Origin: Cyanophora paradoxa CCMP329
Taxonomy: Eukaryota > Plantae > Glaucophyta
Direction of reading: 5' to 3'
Assembly (NCBI GenBank): GCA_004431415.1
Contig: QPMI01000709.1
Location: 186,001-250,000 of the forward strand
DNA length: 64,000 nt
Shown here: one piece after another, positions 51,818-62,796 of the stretch
Position numbering within the stretch: position 1 is the first letter of the stretch
Layout: every line of letters begins with the position of its first letter
The notes under the pieces: generated by a model
Seen by the model: the letters and a program-made list of their open reading frames with translations, nothing else
What the model was told of the DNA's origin: nothing
The model's database searches: none
Translations under genes and position numbers: made by a program

Positions 51818-52620
51818 ACCTGCAGACGCGGCGCAGGAGCCAGCTCGCCTGCACGCCGAGCGCTTTGAACGTGTCGCTCATGAGCGCGTCGGGCAGCGCT
51901 TCCAACGTCGTCGATGTCGCCGGCGCGGCTTGCCAAGGCGACGAGCCGGCGGCTGGTGGCGCCAAGTACTGAACGCGGGCCCGCTTCGCCGCGCGCTCGC
52001 AATCTCTCGACGCAGCGCCCGACATGGCGGATCCCGGACCGCTCCTTCTCGTGCACGTGGCGACCTGCGGCTCTCGGATTCAGAGCTAGGAGCGAGCCGA
52101 GGGAGCGAGCGAGCTTGAGGGACCCTCCGCGCGCACACAAGTGCACGTCGCTCAAGCAGAGACAGTAGGCCTGGGCCTTGCCTTCGGCCGGCGCTCCCTC
52201 GCCTTCCGGACCCCAATCGTACGTATACCCCGATCGGCGCTGGCCGCCGGCGGATAACTTGCAATGCCGCGAAGCGCTAAACGTTATATAATTAGCACAC
52301 GCAGCCTCGCATGCCCGCCCGGCCCACTGACCGTCGCAGGCTCGACACGCCCCCTTCCTCGCCACCGCCCCCACGGGCCCATGGTCCTCTGCCCGCCGCC
52401 CATCCCCTACGCTTGGGCCTCCAGCCGCGGACCGGCGGCGCCCCCGCCCCGAATGGGCTTTCCACTCTATCTTGCAATTACTGTGTCTTGCGAAACCAAA
52501 CACGGGAAAGGATACACGCCGTGACGCCCCCACGAGAGTAGGGCGGGGGCGGGGCGGGGGAGGGGGCGCCCAAGACGCCGCACCCAAGACGGGTCCACGA
52601 GTCGGGGCTGGGCGGGCCCC

Positions 52621-54471
52621 TTAGTAGATCTTGCCGTTCCAGGGCCCGCAGTACTTTACGATGAAGGGGTGGCCTGCGCCCGCCGCCGGCGCGTGAGCCG
52701 GCGCGGGGCGCGCCCGGGTGGCGCAGCGGGGCGCACTGAGGACGTCCTTGAGGGGCAGGCGCTCGCGGGGGTCCCTCCGCAGCAGCTGCCGCGGGCGGCG
52801 TGAGGCGCGAGCGAGGCGGGGCGGGGCGGGCCGGAGCCGAGCCGGAGTGAGGCGGCGCGCACCCTCCGGATGAGGTCCTGGGCCTCGGGCCCGATGGCCT
52901 TGGAGGTGAAGCGGAGGTCGACCTTCTTGATGCGGTCGTACATCACGTTGCGGTCCGGGTTCTCGAAGGGCGCGTGCTTCGTCAGGAACTCGTAGAGAAG
53001 CACGCCCAGCGTCCAGATGTCCACCTCCGGCCCGTGCTGCCGCGGGGCGTCAGCGCCCCCGCCATACACCCTCCCCGGTCGCCTCCTTCCGGGCCCCGCG
53101 CACCTCCTGGCGCTCGATCATCTCCGGGGGGAGGTAGTCTGTCGACGGCCGGCCGTCAGGCGGGGGCGCGCGGGGCGGGGGGGCGGCGGGAAGGGGAGAT
53201 CTCAAGCGCCGCACCCGGCGTGCCGCACATCGTCTTCCTGCGCGACTTGGAGTGGACCGACCAGCCGAAGTCTGCCGGGCGCGTCGGGGGCGCGCCCGTA
53301 CGGGAGAGAAAGCGGCGTTCGGGGGCGGAGGGCGAACCGGCGAGTTTGATGCGGCCGTTTCCGTCGAGGAGCAGGTTCTCGGGCTGAGGCACGCGCCGCC
53401 TCAGGAGGGGCGAGGGGCGAGCGGGGCGCGGCAGTGCGAGGTGAAGCGGAGACAGTGTGTTCGGTAGCAGATCATAGCGAGGGTGCAGAGAGGGGACGGA
53501 GACGTGCGGGAACGGAGAAGCGCGCGCGCGCACCTTCAGATCACGATGTATGATGTTTTTGCTGCGAGGGGGAGTGAGGCGCCGCGCTTTATACGAAGCT
53601 ACGGGCGATGAGCGAAGGCACCTGTGGCAGTACATGAAGGCTCGTGCGAGGTCGGCGATGTACTGCGGAGGGGCGCGCGGCTTTGAGCTCGGCTCGAGGC
53701 CACGCACGCACGAGCGGGGACGCACGCGGGCCGAGCGGGCCTCATCGAAGGGTCCCTCGACGTTGTGCTGAGGAGCAGCAGAACTAAGCCGCCGGAACGG
53801 ATCATTGCATTGCAAGGGGCGCCACGCACGAGGATGTTGAAGAGCTCGCCGCGGGCGGCAAACTCAAGGATGAGGTAGATGTGGCGCTCGTCGTGGAACC
53901 AGCCGTACAGCCGCAGGCAGTTCGGGTGCCTGGCGGGGGAGATCAGCGCCCCCGCTTCGCGGCTGCTGTTGCTCCTAGCGGGCCGTGCACCGCAGGTTGG
54001 ACATGATCTCAATCTCACGGCGCAGCTGGTGCTCCACTCCATCCGCAACGAGCTCTTTCTTACGGAGCTGCTTCAGGGCGACAATGAACTTCGTCCTGCG
54101 CTCCCGGGCCAGATACACACGCCCGAACTTGCCCGCGCCCTGCGAGCCCTTCAGTCGAACTGCATCGGCGGCTGGCAGGGGGCTCGCTTGCCAGGCGGCG
54201 GCCGATCTCGAAGTCCTGGATGGTCCACTTCTTATCAGCGCACTGCGTGGCCGAGGGCCTGGACGCGGGCGTCAGAACTGCCAGGCTGAAGGGCTTCGGT
54301 GAGGCGCGCACTGCCTGTAGAACAGCTCGGCCGGCGACCGGCTGGGATCAACCGCTGCGGCCATCTGATTCCTCCCTGCGCTGCGCTTGCTGGATGTTCG
54401 CTCGGTCGGCCGCTAGTTGTCCGTTGTGAGAGAGTTGTACCCCGCGACTTTTTCCGGGTACGGGGAAACAT
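52621..54471 (-). CDS. Aurora-family Ser/Thr kinase
   Basis: [66 protein letters not shown]...[16 protein letters not shown]. Confidence 0.95.
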
Positions 54472-54567
54472 CTCAGGGCTGTCAGTTGCCGGCTAGCTTC
54501 ACTGGCCAGATAGGCTTACGAGCAGCTCGCTAGCTGTGCCGACGACAATTGAACCGAGCCGTCGAAG

Positions 54568-56754
54568 ATGGGCGACGAACCTGTGACGCCGCGGCGGCGT
54601 AGCTTCTTCGGGTTCGGCCGGCGCAAATCGGAATCGCAGCAAGGACACGCACAGGAGGCGTCGGCAGCGCATCCGTCGACCAGGCCTAGTTACGAACCTC
54701 CGAGCTATGCTCCGCCGTCGATGTCGCACGAGGCGCCGCAGACGCCGCGCGAGCGTCTTCAGCAAGACCTGCTGTGCGAATGCGCTCCCGGCCGCTCGTG
54801 CCGGTGCCTCGACTAACGCATTGGCCAGCGGGACGCCCCGCAACCGGGACGTGGCGGAGACTGAGGCACCGATTACGCCGCGCTCTTCGTCCCGGTACCA
54901 GCAGGGCGGCTTCATCGCGCTTCCCGGTGCCGGCTCGGCCGGCGCTGGCGGACTGCCGAGCGCTTCCTGTGCGAACACATGTCCCCTGCGCTCGCGTAAC
55001 CGCTCACGCGCCCCGCAGCGGCCCCTCCCGCCGTAGGGAGGCCGAACGCCGCCAGCTCGGTTCGACTTCTCGCGCTAAGTGCTCGAGGCGGGCCGTGACT
55101 GACCCGAGCGGCGCAGGGCGCTCAGATCGCGTTCGTGCCGTACCCCGGCTGGCCCTCCCGCATCTGGAACGGATCCGCCGTCTGCGCTGCGGCCCTCCTC
55201 CACTTCGATCACATCGTAACCCTCCCGGGCGATGCCGCGCACCCGCCCGCCCGCCTCGTGCCGACGCGGCCGCAGGCGCACCACCCCCGGCGCTACACCT
55301 CCATGCTCTTTTCCGTCGCTTTCTACGGTACCCTTGACCTTCTTCGACTACGCCCTTTGCGCCTCTGACCCGTACCCAGAGCTGGTGGCCCGCGGCTGCG
55401 TCCGCGTCGTCCGCAGGCAGGGTACGCCGTCTCGCCGCGCGCTGCTCCCCCCCCCCCCGGCCAACGCCGGGGGTAGTGGTTGTGAAGCAGGGGCAGCCGG
55501 CGCGACCGGTGGTGGCCATGGTGAAGGGCCCCTCGGCGGTGCCGAACGGGCTGGCGGCCCTCCAGGAGGTGATGCGGCTCGCGGAGCGGCTGGGCGAGAA
55601 GAAGGGCTCCGTCTACTGGCACGTCGTTGACGAGGCCCAGTGCCTCCAGCGCGGCGAGATCCCCCTCGCCGAGCTCGCCCGCGCCTGCGTCTCCGGCAAG
55701 GTCCGCCCCGTCGATCCTTCCTTCCTCGCCTGGGCGCCCCCCCTCCCCGCCCCTCGCCTGAGCTTTCCTCCCCCCAGCGCATCTTCAAGTTCGTTCTGGC
55801 GGAGCTGAACGGCGTGGGGTACACCACCTCCGGCGTCCGCAAGTCCGGCGTCTGGATCTTCAAGAAGTGCGCCTGTACCCCGGCGCCGCCTTTCCCCCTT
55901 CCCCTTCGGATCTTGAGTTCGGCGGCAGGCACGTGCAGCTCACGGGCAACGGGCTCCAGTGTACGCACGCCGCTTTTTCTTTGTACAGGAAGGAAAAGCG
56001 AAGTTTACCGTACCCCCGCAGCGTTCTCGGACGTGACGGCGTGGCTGACGACGTGCGCGAAGGAGGCGGAGGGGGCGGACCCGGAGCGGGTGCGGGCGCT
56101 CCTCTGGGCGGCCTCCTCGTGCGCCCTCCTCTCCCAGCCCCTCCTCCACCGCGTCCTCGACGGCGCCTTCCTCCACGGCCAGCTCCGGGTACGCCGTCTC
56201 GTTTTGAATTCAAATTCGAAAATTCGAAACGGAGCGTCCGCCGGCAGCTCCCGGCACCGGTGCCGTTCCACGGGCTGGTGGAGGCGCCGGCCTTTATGGC
56301 GCTGCCGGCGCTCTACAAGTCGACGACGGCGGTCGTGGGCAAGAAGGAGCGGAACCTGCAGCCCGACTTCGCCATCTTCGCCCGCTACGGGTTCGCACTG
56401 GACCCCCGCAACGAGACCTCCGGCGCCATCTACCGGGTACCCCCCTTTCCTGCCCCGTTCCCGTTCCCCCTCTCGCCGACGGCCGCCGGGGGCAGCCGCA
56501 AAGCGGGCCGGTGGGGGCGCCGCCGCCGCCCGGGGCCGCCGGCGTGGGCTTCGGGGGGGAGCACTACGCGGAGACGGGCCCCGACGGGGAGGCCAAGGAG
56601 GAGGAGGAGGCCGACGGCTCCGTCTCCTCCGACGACGGTACTTTGCCCCCTTGAGCTCGGGCCGAGGCTCGGCCCTGGCTCGGCTTCGGCATCTGCTCAC
56701 GCCCTCCCGCTCGCGCGCAGACGACTGAGCGGCGCGCGGTCTCTCCAAGGATGA
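54568..56754 (+). CDS. Hypothetical multi-exon protein
   Basis: Chain of short exons with GT-AG introns starting MGDEPVTPRRRSFFGFGRRK; globular-looking core (VYWHVVDEAQC, RIFKFVLAELNGVGY). No family recognised. Confidence 0.55.
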
Positions 56755-57044
56755 GGAGACGCTGGGACGCATGTATTGCTGGCCCTTCTCCTACGAGACG
56801 CGATCAGCAGAACTAGTTAGGACGCTGCTGGCCGTTTTTAATATTACATGTTTCATTAAAGGTTTTGGACCCGAGCCCACACGTACGTGCACAACCTGGC
56901 CCCGGGGCCGCTGATGACGCAAGTGGCTGAAAGCGCTAGCTTGCTTCTGTAGTTCACTGAACGGAGACACAGGAGTTTGGAAGGGAAGTGGGGGGTGGGC
57001 GGGAAGTAGAGAGAGTACGGCCGAGCCGGCCGGGAGGGGGTACG

Positions 57045-58527
57045 TCATGCGGGGCCCCAGGAGCGGAGGGTCTCGGAGTCGTAGGTCACGGCTGTGAGGA
57101 ACTTGCGGTCGGGGCCGGAGAATTGTACCCCCGTGAGGAGGGCGTTGGGGGCCCGCGCCGAGAACTCCAGCTTCACCTGAGGTGGAGATCAGGGGGGACA
57201 AGGCGGGGAAGGCAGATGGGGGTGAGAGAGGGAAGGCGGCGGGTGGTACGCGCCTCGGGCTGGGGGGAGGCGGTGTAGGACCACACGTGCACGTACTGGT
57301 CCTCGCTCGCCGACGCGATCTGAGAGCAACAGGGGTCGGGGGTGCGAGGATCGGTTTGTTGGGGGTACGGTGCGCACGAGGCCGCGAGAGGGGGAGACGT
57401 CCATCGCGTTGATTGTCCGCGAGTGCGCGTCGATCGCGCACGTCTGCCGGCCGCCGGCTCAGTGAAGGTGGGGGGGAAAGGCGGAAGGGGGTACGGTGCG
57501 CGCCTTCCGCTTGGAGGCCACGTCGAAGATAGCGATGGTGCCGGTGCTGTACCCCGCAGCCAGCTGCCGCTTGCCGTGGAACCCGAGCGACGAGCAGGGG
57601 TGCCTGCCCGGCGCAGTGAGCCGCAGGGGCAGAGCGGCAGGGGCGGGGCGGCTGCGGGGCGCGGCGCACCCGCTGCCGAGGAACGTGCACTGCTTCTCGA
57701 AGCTCCCGGCGGCCCAGACGTGGATGCTCCCCTCGTCGTCCCCGCTGGCGAAGAGCTCGCTGGACTTCTGCGGCCGGCCTCGGCGCCGGCGGCGCGCGGC
57801 GCGAGCGCGGGCGCGGGCGCGCGGAGCGGCCGCACGTCGGAGGCGATGTCGGTGATGGCGAACTTGTGCCCCGTCATCGTCCGCACGAGGGAGAACTCCT
57901 CGCGGTCGGCGAGGAAGACCAGCACCTCGCCCAGCGACGTGCCTGCCCGGCGAACTCAGCCGCGCCGGCGCGCCGCCTGCTGCGCGGCGCGCGGCGAGGC
58001 GGTGCGCACCGACGCAGAGGTACTCCTTCTCCCCGTCCGACACGGAGCAGATGCCCCTGCAGAAGCGCGAGCGGTCTGCGGGCCAGGATCGGCGGGCGGG
58101 CGCGACCAGCGCGGACACTCGGAGCCGCGCCGCACCTGTGCCCTTTGCGACGGGGATCGAGTGGTTGAAAATGAGCCGCGTGCCGTCCTTGTCGAACACC
58201 TGGGCGCGGGCGCGCGTCGGCGGCTGGCGCGCAGGGCGTGCGCGCCGCGCTGCTCACCTGCACGCCGTTCTCGGTCGCCAGCACGAGCAAGACCGCTGAA
58301 CCGATGGTCACGAACTTCGCCTGCATGACTGGCGCGCCATCCTTATAAGCTACGCGCGTCGGAGTGCTTCCCGATGGGTTCTGGACCGCCGCCTCCGGGA
58401 TGAGGACGACCTCGTTCAAGTGCACATAAGCCAGGTGGCTGCCGCCGGACGACAGGTTGTTGAACGCCAGCGAGGGCGAGCCTTTCAACGCGTGGCCCTC
58501 CTTGACGGCCTCAGAGAAGATCCCCAT
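57045..58527 (-). CDS. WDR54: WD40 repeat protein, WDR54-like
   Basis: LKGSPSLAFNNLS, LLVLATENGVQ, FCRGI, LCVGT..GEVLVF, GHKFAITDIA, LAAGYSTGTIAIFD, IDAHSRTINAMD and SASEDQYVHVW follow the WDR54 motif order as I recall it. Confidence 0.8.
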
Positions 58528-58572
58528 CGCTATCTACGAATCTAGGACTACGATGACCCGGCACGGAGGCCA

Positions 58573-61500
58573 AGCCGCGGAGTTTGACGTACCCTGCTGG
58601 ACGGCTTCACGTCTTCAACGTCGTCTTGGAACGTCGTCTTCGTCGTCTTGGACGTCGTCTTGAAAGGGTCCTTGTTCAAGGACGACACGATCTCTTGACG
58701 CCGTCCGTCACGGTGTTGACTTTTGCACGTATGTAAAGCTCGTTTGAAAGCTAGGCCGCCAGCTAGCATTCGGCCTGCCGATCAGAGTGCACATCGCTGA
58801 CCGATCAGAGTGCGACATGGCGATGATGAGACCCATCGCTGTCGCGCTCCTTCTCCTCTGTGCGGCTGTCGACGTATTCGCCCGTGAGCGCAGGATGCCC
58901 CGCTAGCTGGCTTGCAATTTCTGCCTTGGATGCAATTAATATAGTGCAATTTCTGCCTTGCAATTGAATTCATGCTTCCTCTCAGAGACACCGATCATCG
59001 TCACTGACGGGTTTGAGCCCGTCATTGGCGGATACGCCACGATCGTCGTGACCGTCAGCGCTCAGTCTACCCGATGTGTCGTTTCCTGCGATGGCGTGCT
59101 CGGTCTGATAACCAGCCTGGACCAGGACTATGCGCCAGCGCCAGCCCCTCAAGGCCGTGCGACACTCAATGGGACCACTGCCAGAGTTCCAGTGCGCTTG
59201 TCCAAGGCTCTCAGCGTCGCAGCGATATCTGATCAGCAAGCCCTGTCCGCGCGCAGGTTCCACTCACGGTCAGCGATTACATGTACATATGCTATGCGAC
59301 TGAGATAATCGGAGGTGTCTCTTTCACCGACGAATCAATGACCGTAATTGTTAGAACGAAGCCATTTCCTCCATCAATTTACATCCCTGCCGACCGTGGC
59401 TTCGTTCCTCTGTCTGGCAATCCGCTTCGGGGTGAGCTCACGCTGACGGTACATCGATTGGCAACGAGAGCAGTCGTGTCATGTTCGGACAACGCCAACC
59501 AAAGCACAATCCCTGTTACAAACGCGGATGCGGATTTCGATGGAGTGGATGCATCCAAGAGCGGTACAACTGCCACAATCCGGGCACGTATATTGAAAGT
59601 ACCTGATCTCGTTGTGCTGATCCTGCAGACAGCTGGCTCTGGCTGCCAATGTAGCCCTGTACAAGTGCAAGGCAACGCAGACCGTCGCTGGCCTTACCTC
59701 GGGTTTTAGTTCTGACGCATACATCACCACGATCCCTAGACCAGATCCTCCTACTTTCAACCTCTCTTCTGCCTTTGCCCTTCTCTATGGAAGCCCCTTG
59801 CGGGTCGATGTATCTCTGTCTGTCAGTGCATCTTCAACGAGAGCAGTAGTTGTGTGCACAGACCTTGACGGGCTGGGTCCATCCATATCCAATGTAGACA
59901 TGGATTACGATGGCATGTCTGCTATACTGTTGGGCACGCGTGCAACAATCGCGGTGCGTTCGTTTTTGCTTATGCATATGCCCGTGATATGCTATATTTC
60001 TGACGAAAACTCGACAGCTTGCTTTGACTGCTGGAAAATACTACAGTTGCACCGCAAAGCAGCGGGTGCTTGGAGTGGACTCGCTCGCCAGCCAGGGGAC
60101 TAGCATCACAACAGTTCCCCCACCTCCAAAGGTCAACACTGCTGGCTTTCTTCTCATGTCAGGCGATCCATTACGAGGTGTCATTTCTCTCCAAGTGCAT
60201 CCAGCGTCCTCAAGAACTGTTGTCGTTTGCACCGATATTGCTTCTGGATTACGTGTTCTGAGTGTGGATGCGGACTACGATGGCACACTTTCCGTCTTGA
60301 CTATATCAGGGGAAATCGCAAGAGCTGATGTCAAGGTGCACTGTTTTCAGTGCTCGTTTCATGATCATCCTTCGACCCTTCCCACACTCGCAGATTGCAC
60401 TTCTGGGAAACAGCCGCTACCAATGCACGGCTACGCAGATGGTTCGGGGGCTGTATCTCTGCCAAGCCTGCCATCCTCTTTGAACACGGTGGCACCCGAA
60501 CCTACAATTGAGACAAAGGGCTTCGTGGTACTGGAGGGTGGATTCGTAACTTTGACCTTGACTGTTCATTTAAATTCAACACGTGCTGTCGTGACATGCA
60601 CATCTTCTGACTCGAACACTCTGGTCAGCAGCTCGGATACAGACTATGATGGCATCTTGTCATCAAAGTTTGGACGGACTGCCTCAGTCAAGGTTCAGAT
60701 TTCGGAAGTGCTAAGCAGTAGTACCAACAACTAAGCCTTGATTATGTGCATACGCCGCAGATTGCACTAATGGGAAACAGCCTCTATCAATGCACGGCTA
60801 CACAGACGGTTGGGGGGGGCATATCTCTGCCAAGCCTACCATCCTCTTTGAACACTGTTGCGCCCGAACCTACTATCCAGACAAAGGGCTTCGTGGTACT
60901 GGAGGGTGGATTTGCAACTGTGACCTTGGCTGTTCATTTGAATTCAACACGTGCTGTCGTGACATGCACATCTTCCGACTCGAACACTCTTGTCAGCAGC
61001 TCGGATACAGACTATGATGGCATCTTGTCATCAAAATTTGGACTGACTGCCTCAGTCAAGGTTCAGATTTTGGAAATGCTAAGCAGTAGTACCAACAACT
61101 AAGCCGTGATTTATGTGCATACGCAGCTGACTTTAGAGGAGAAGAAGGATTACACCTGCAAAGCGATTCAAATGGTGAACAACTCATTCTCTACGCCCAG
61201 TGAAGAGGTCATGCTCAGCACAAAACACGGTATGCTTGCTTGTCACCCGGCATACGTATATATACGCATGCACATGACTCCAGCTCCCGGGAGTCCAGAG
61301 ACGAATACGCAGAGACGCTTCCACTGGATATCTTGTAAAGGGTGCAATATGCGATCACGGGGCATCTAGGTAGAAGTTCTGATCATTATCAGTTCTTTTA
61401 CCTGGCCTGGGGACCGTTCTCAAATTCAGTACTAGGGTGCCGTTGGAACCAATGCTGTTTGTACAGACATTTACGTCCGTGGGCCTGAAGCCCTGGGCGA

Positions 61501-62662
61501 CTCGATATCGAGTGCAGTTGTAGTTGATCATCGTCTTTTTCAAATGTGTACATCTTTCTGTTCAACGGTTCAAATTAAATGTGCGATGTATACGGATGGA
61601 AGATGTGTATCTGGCACACGTGCTACCGCTTGATATCCGCCACGTGGAATGACCTCGACCCGATGGCCATGGGCCCGTGCTGCAGTGCCGTGGAGACCTT
61701 TGTCCTGAATTCGAAGGCCTTCGAGAGGGCTGCAGCGACCCCCACGGCCGCCGAGGGCCCGATCACGAAGCCCGATCCGAGGGCCACGGCCGCCCCCAGC
61801 TGCGAAGCCGTCAAGAGGGGAAGGGGTGCAGTGCCGTGGGTTCATGCGCTCGAAGACGAGGCGTATCACGGGGCACGATCTCCTTCTCCGTCGCCGTGAC
61901 CACACCCTTTACGTTCTCCCGAAGGGGAGCGCATTCTTCTTCGAGGCATTCTTCGTGAGCAGGGGTACAGCATTCTTCGAGGGGGTGCGCGAAGGCGGGG
62001 GGGGGGCACCGGGTGAGGACAAGCTGAAGGTGAGGGGGCCGTCTGTGGCACGAGGCGGCCGTCTGTGGCACGAGGCGGCCCTCCACGAAGGAGCGCACCA
62101 CGTCGTCCCCGCGGCCAGGACGCGGATTCCCGGTCGCGCGCCGCGGGCGGCGACGGCTACGTCGGAGACATGCCGTCCCCGCCCCCGGGCCCCAGGAGGG
62201 AGACGGGCTCCTCCTCGAACAGCTCCAGTGCCTGGCGTCAGCCTCCTCGAACAGCTCCAGCTCCTCGAGTCCGGTGGCCTAGCGGTGAGCCTCAGCAGGG
62301 CGGGCACACGAGGCGGGATGAGCGCCCCGCCGTAAGGCGGGATGAGCCGTCCACGTGGTCGTAAGGCGGGATGAGCGCCCCGCCGCAGGGCGCGGGGTGG
62401 GGTCTCCTTCACGATGCGGGCGCATTTCTGCAGGCGGGGCGGCGTGAGGGGCGGGTCAGAGCGCAGCGCTAGCTGAGGACGTCAGCTGCAGGGTGTTCAA
62501 CGAGCCTGGCCCTTGACGGCTGGAGCGTTCTCAGGCACCACGATGTGGGGGGCGAGGGCCTGTGAACAAGGCACGCAAGAATGTGAACAAGGAACGCAAG
62601 AAAACGAATGGTGCGCAGCGCGCCGCGGCGCGCCGGCTTAGCCGCGGAGTTTGACGTACCCT
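58573..62662. mobile_element. ~4 kb island flanked by a 23-bp direct repeat
   Basis: AGCCGCGGAGTTTGACGTACCCT occurs at 58573-58595 and 62640-62662. Most of the interior is visibly lower in GC than the flanking genes. Confidence 0.55.
58817..61229 (+). CDS. Secreted protein with six tandem FN3-like beta-sandwich repeats, 3'-truncated and possibly frameshifted
   Basis: Signal peptide MAMMRPIAVALLLLCAAVDVFA. Repeat consensus GF..L.G....L.V...STRAVV.C...D.DYDG...G..A.V | L.L....Y.C.A.Q.V.G..S..S....T with one intron per repeat at the same position. 1-bp deletion near 60445 relative to the next copy. Confidence 0.7.
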
Positions 62663-62796
62663 CGGCTTCCACTTCGGCGTGACTTCGCGGCAGCTGTAGC
62701 ACAGCCAGAAACAACTCGCACGTCTCCTCTAGCTAGTCGGCGGACGGCGTGCCCTGAGCGGCCTTGGCGCGAATCTGACGCGGCGGGCGAGCGACC

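Larger units (their letters stand above)
46335..52025 (-). pseudogene. F-box/LRR-like gene interrupted by a CACTA element, probably pseudogenised
   Basis: Exon 1 ...LEALPDALMSDTFKALGVQASWLLRRVC joins exon 2 SRWRRVIEETEW to form an F-box; LRR-like segments follow. Apparent 4-bp CG expansion causing a frameshift near 47224-47231. Confidence 0.75.
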
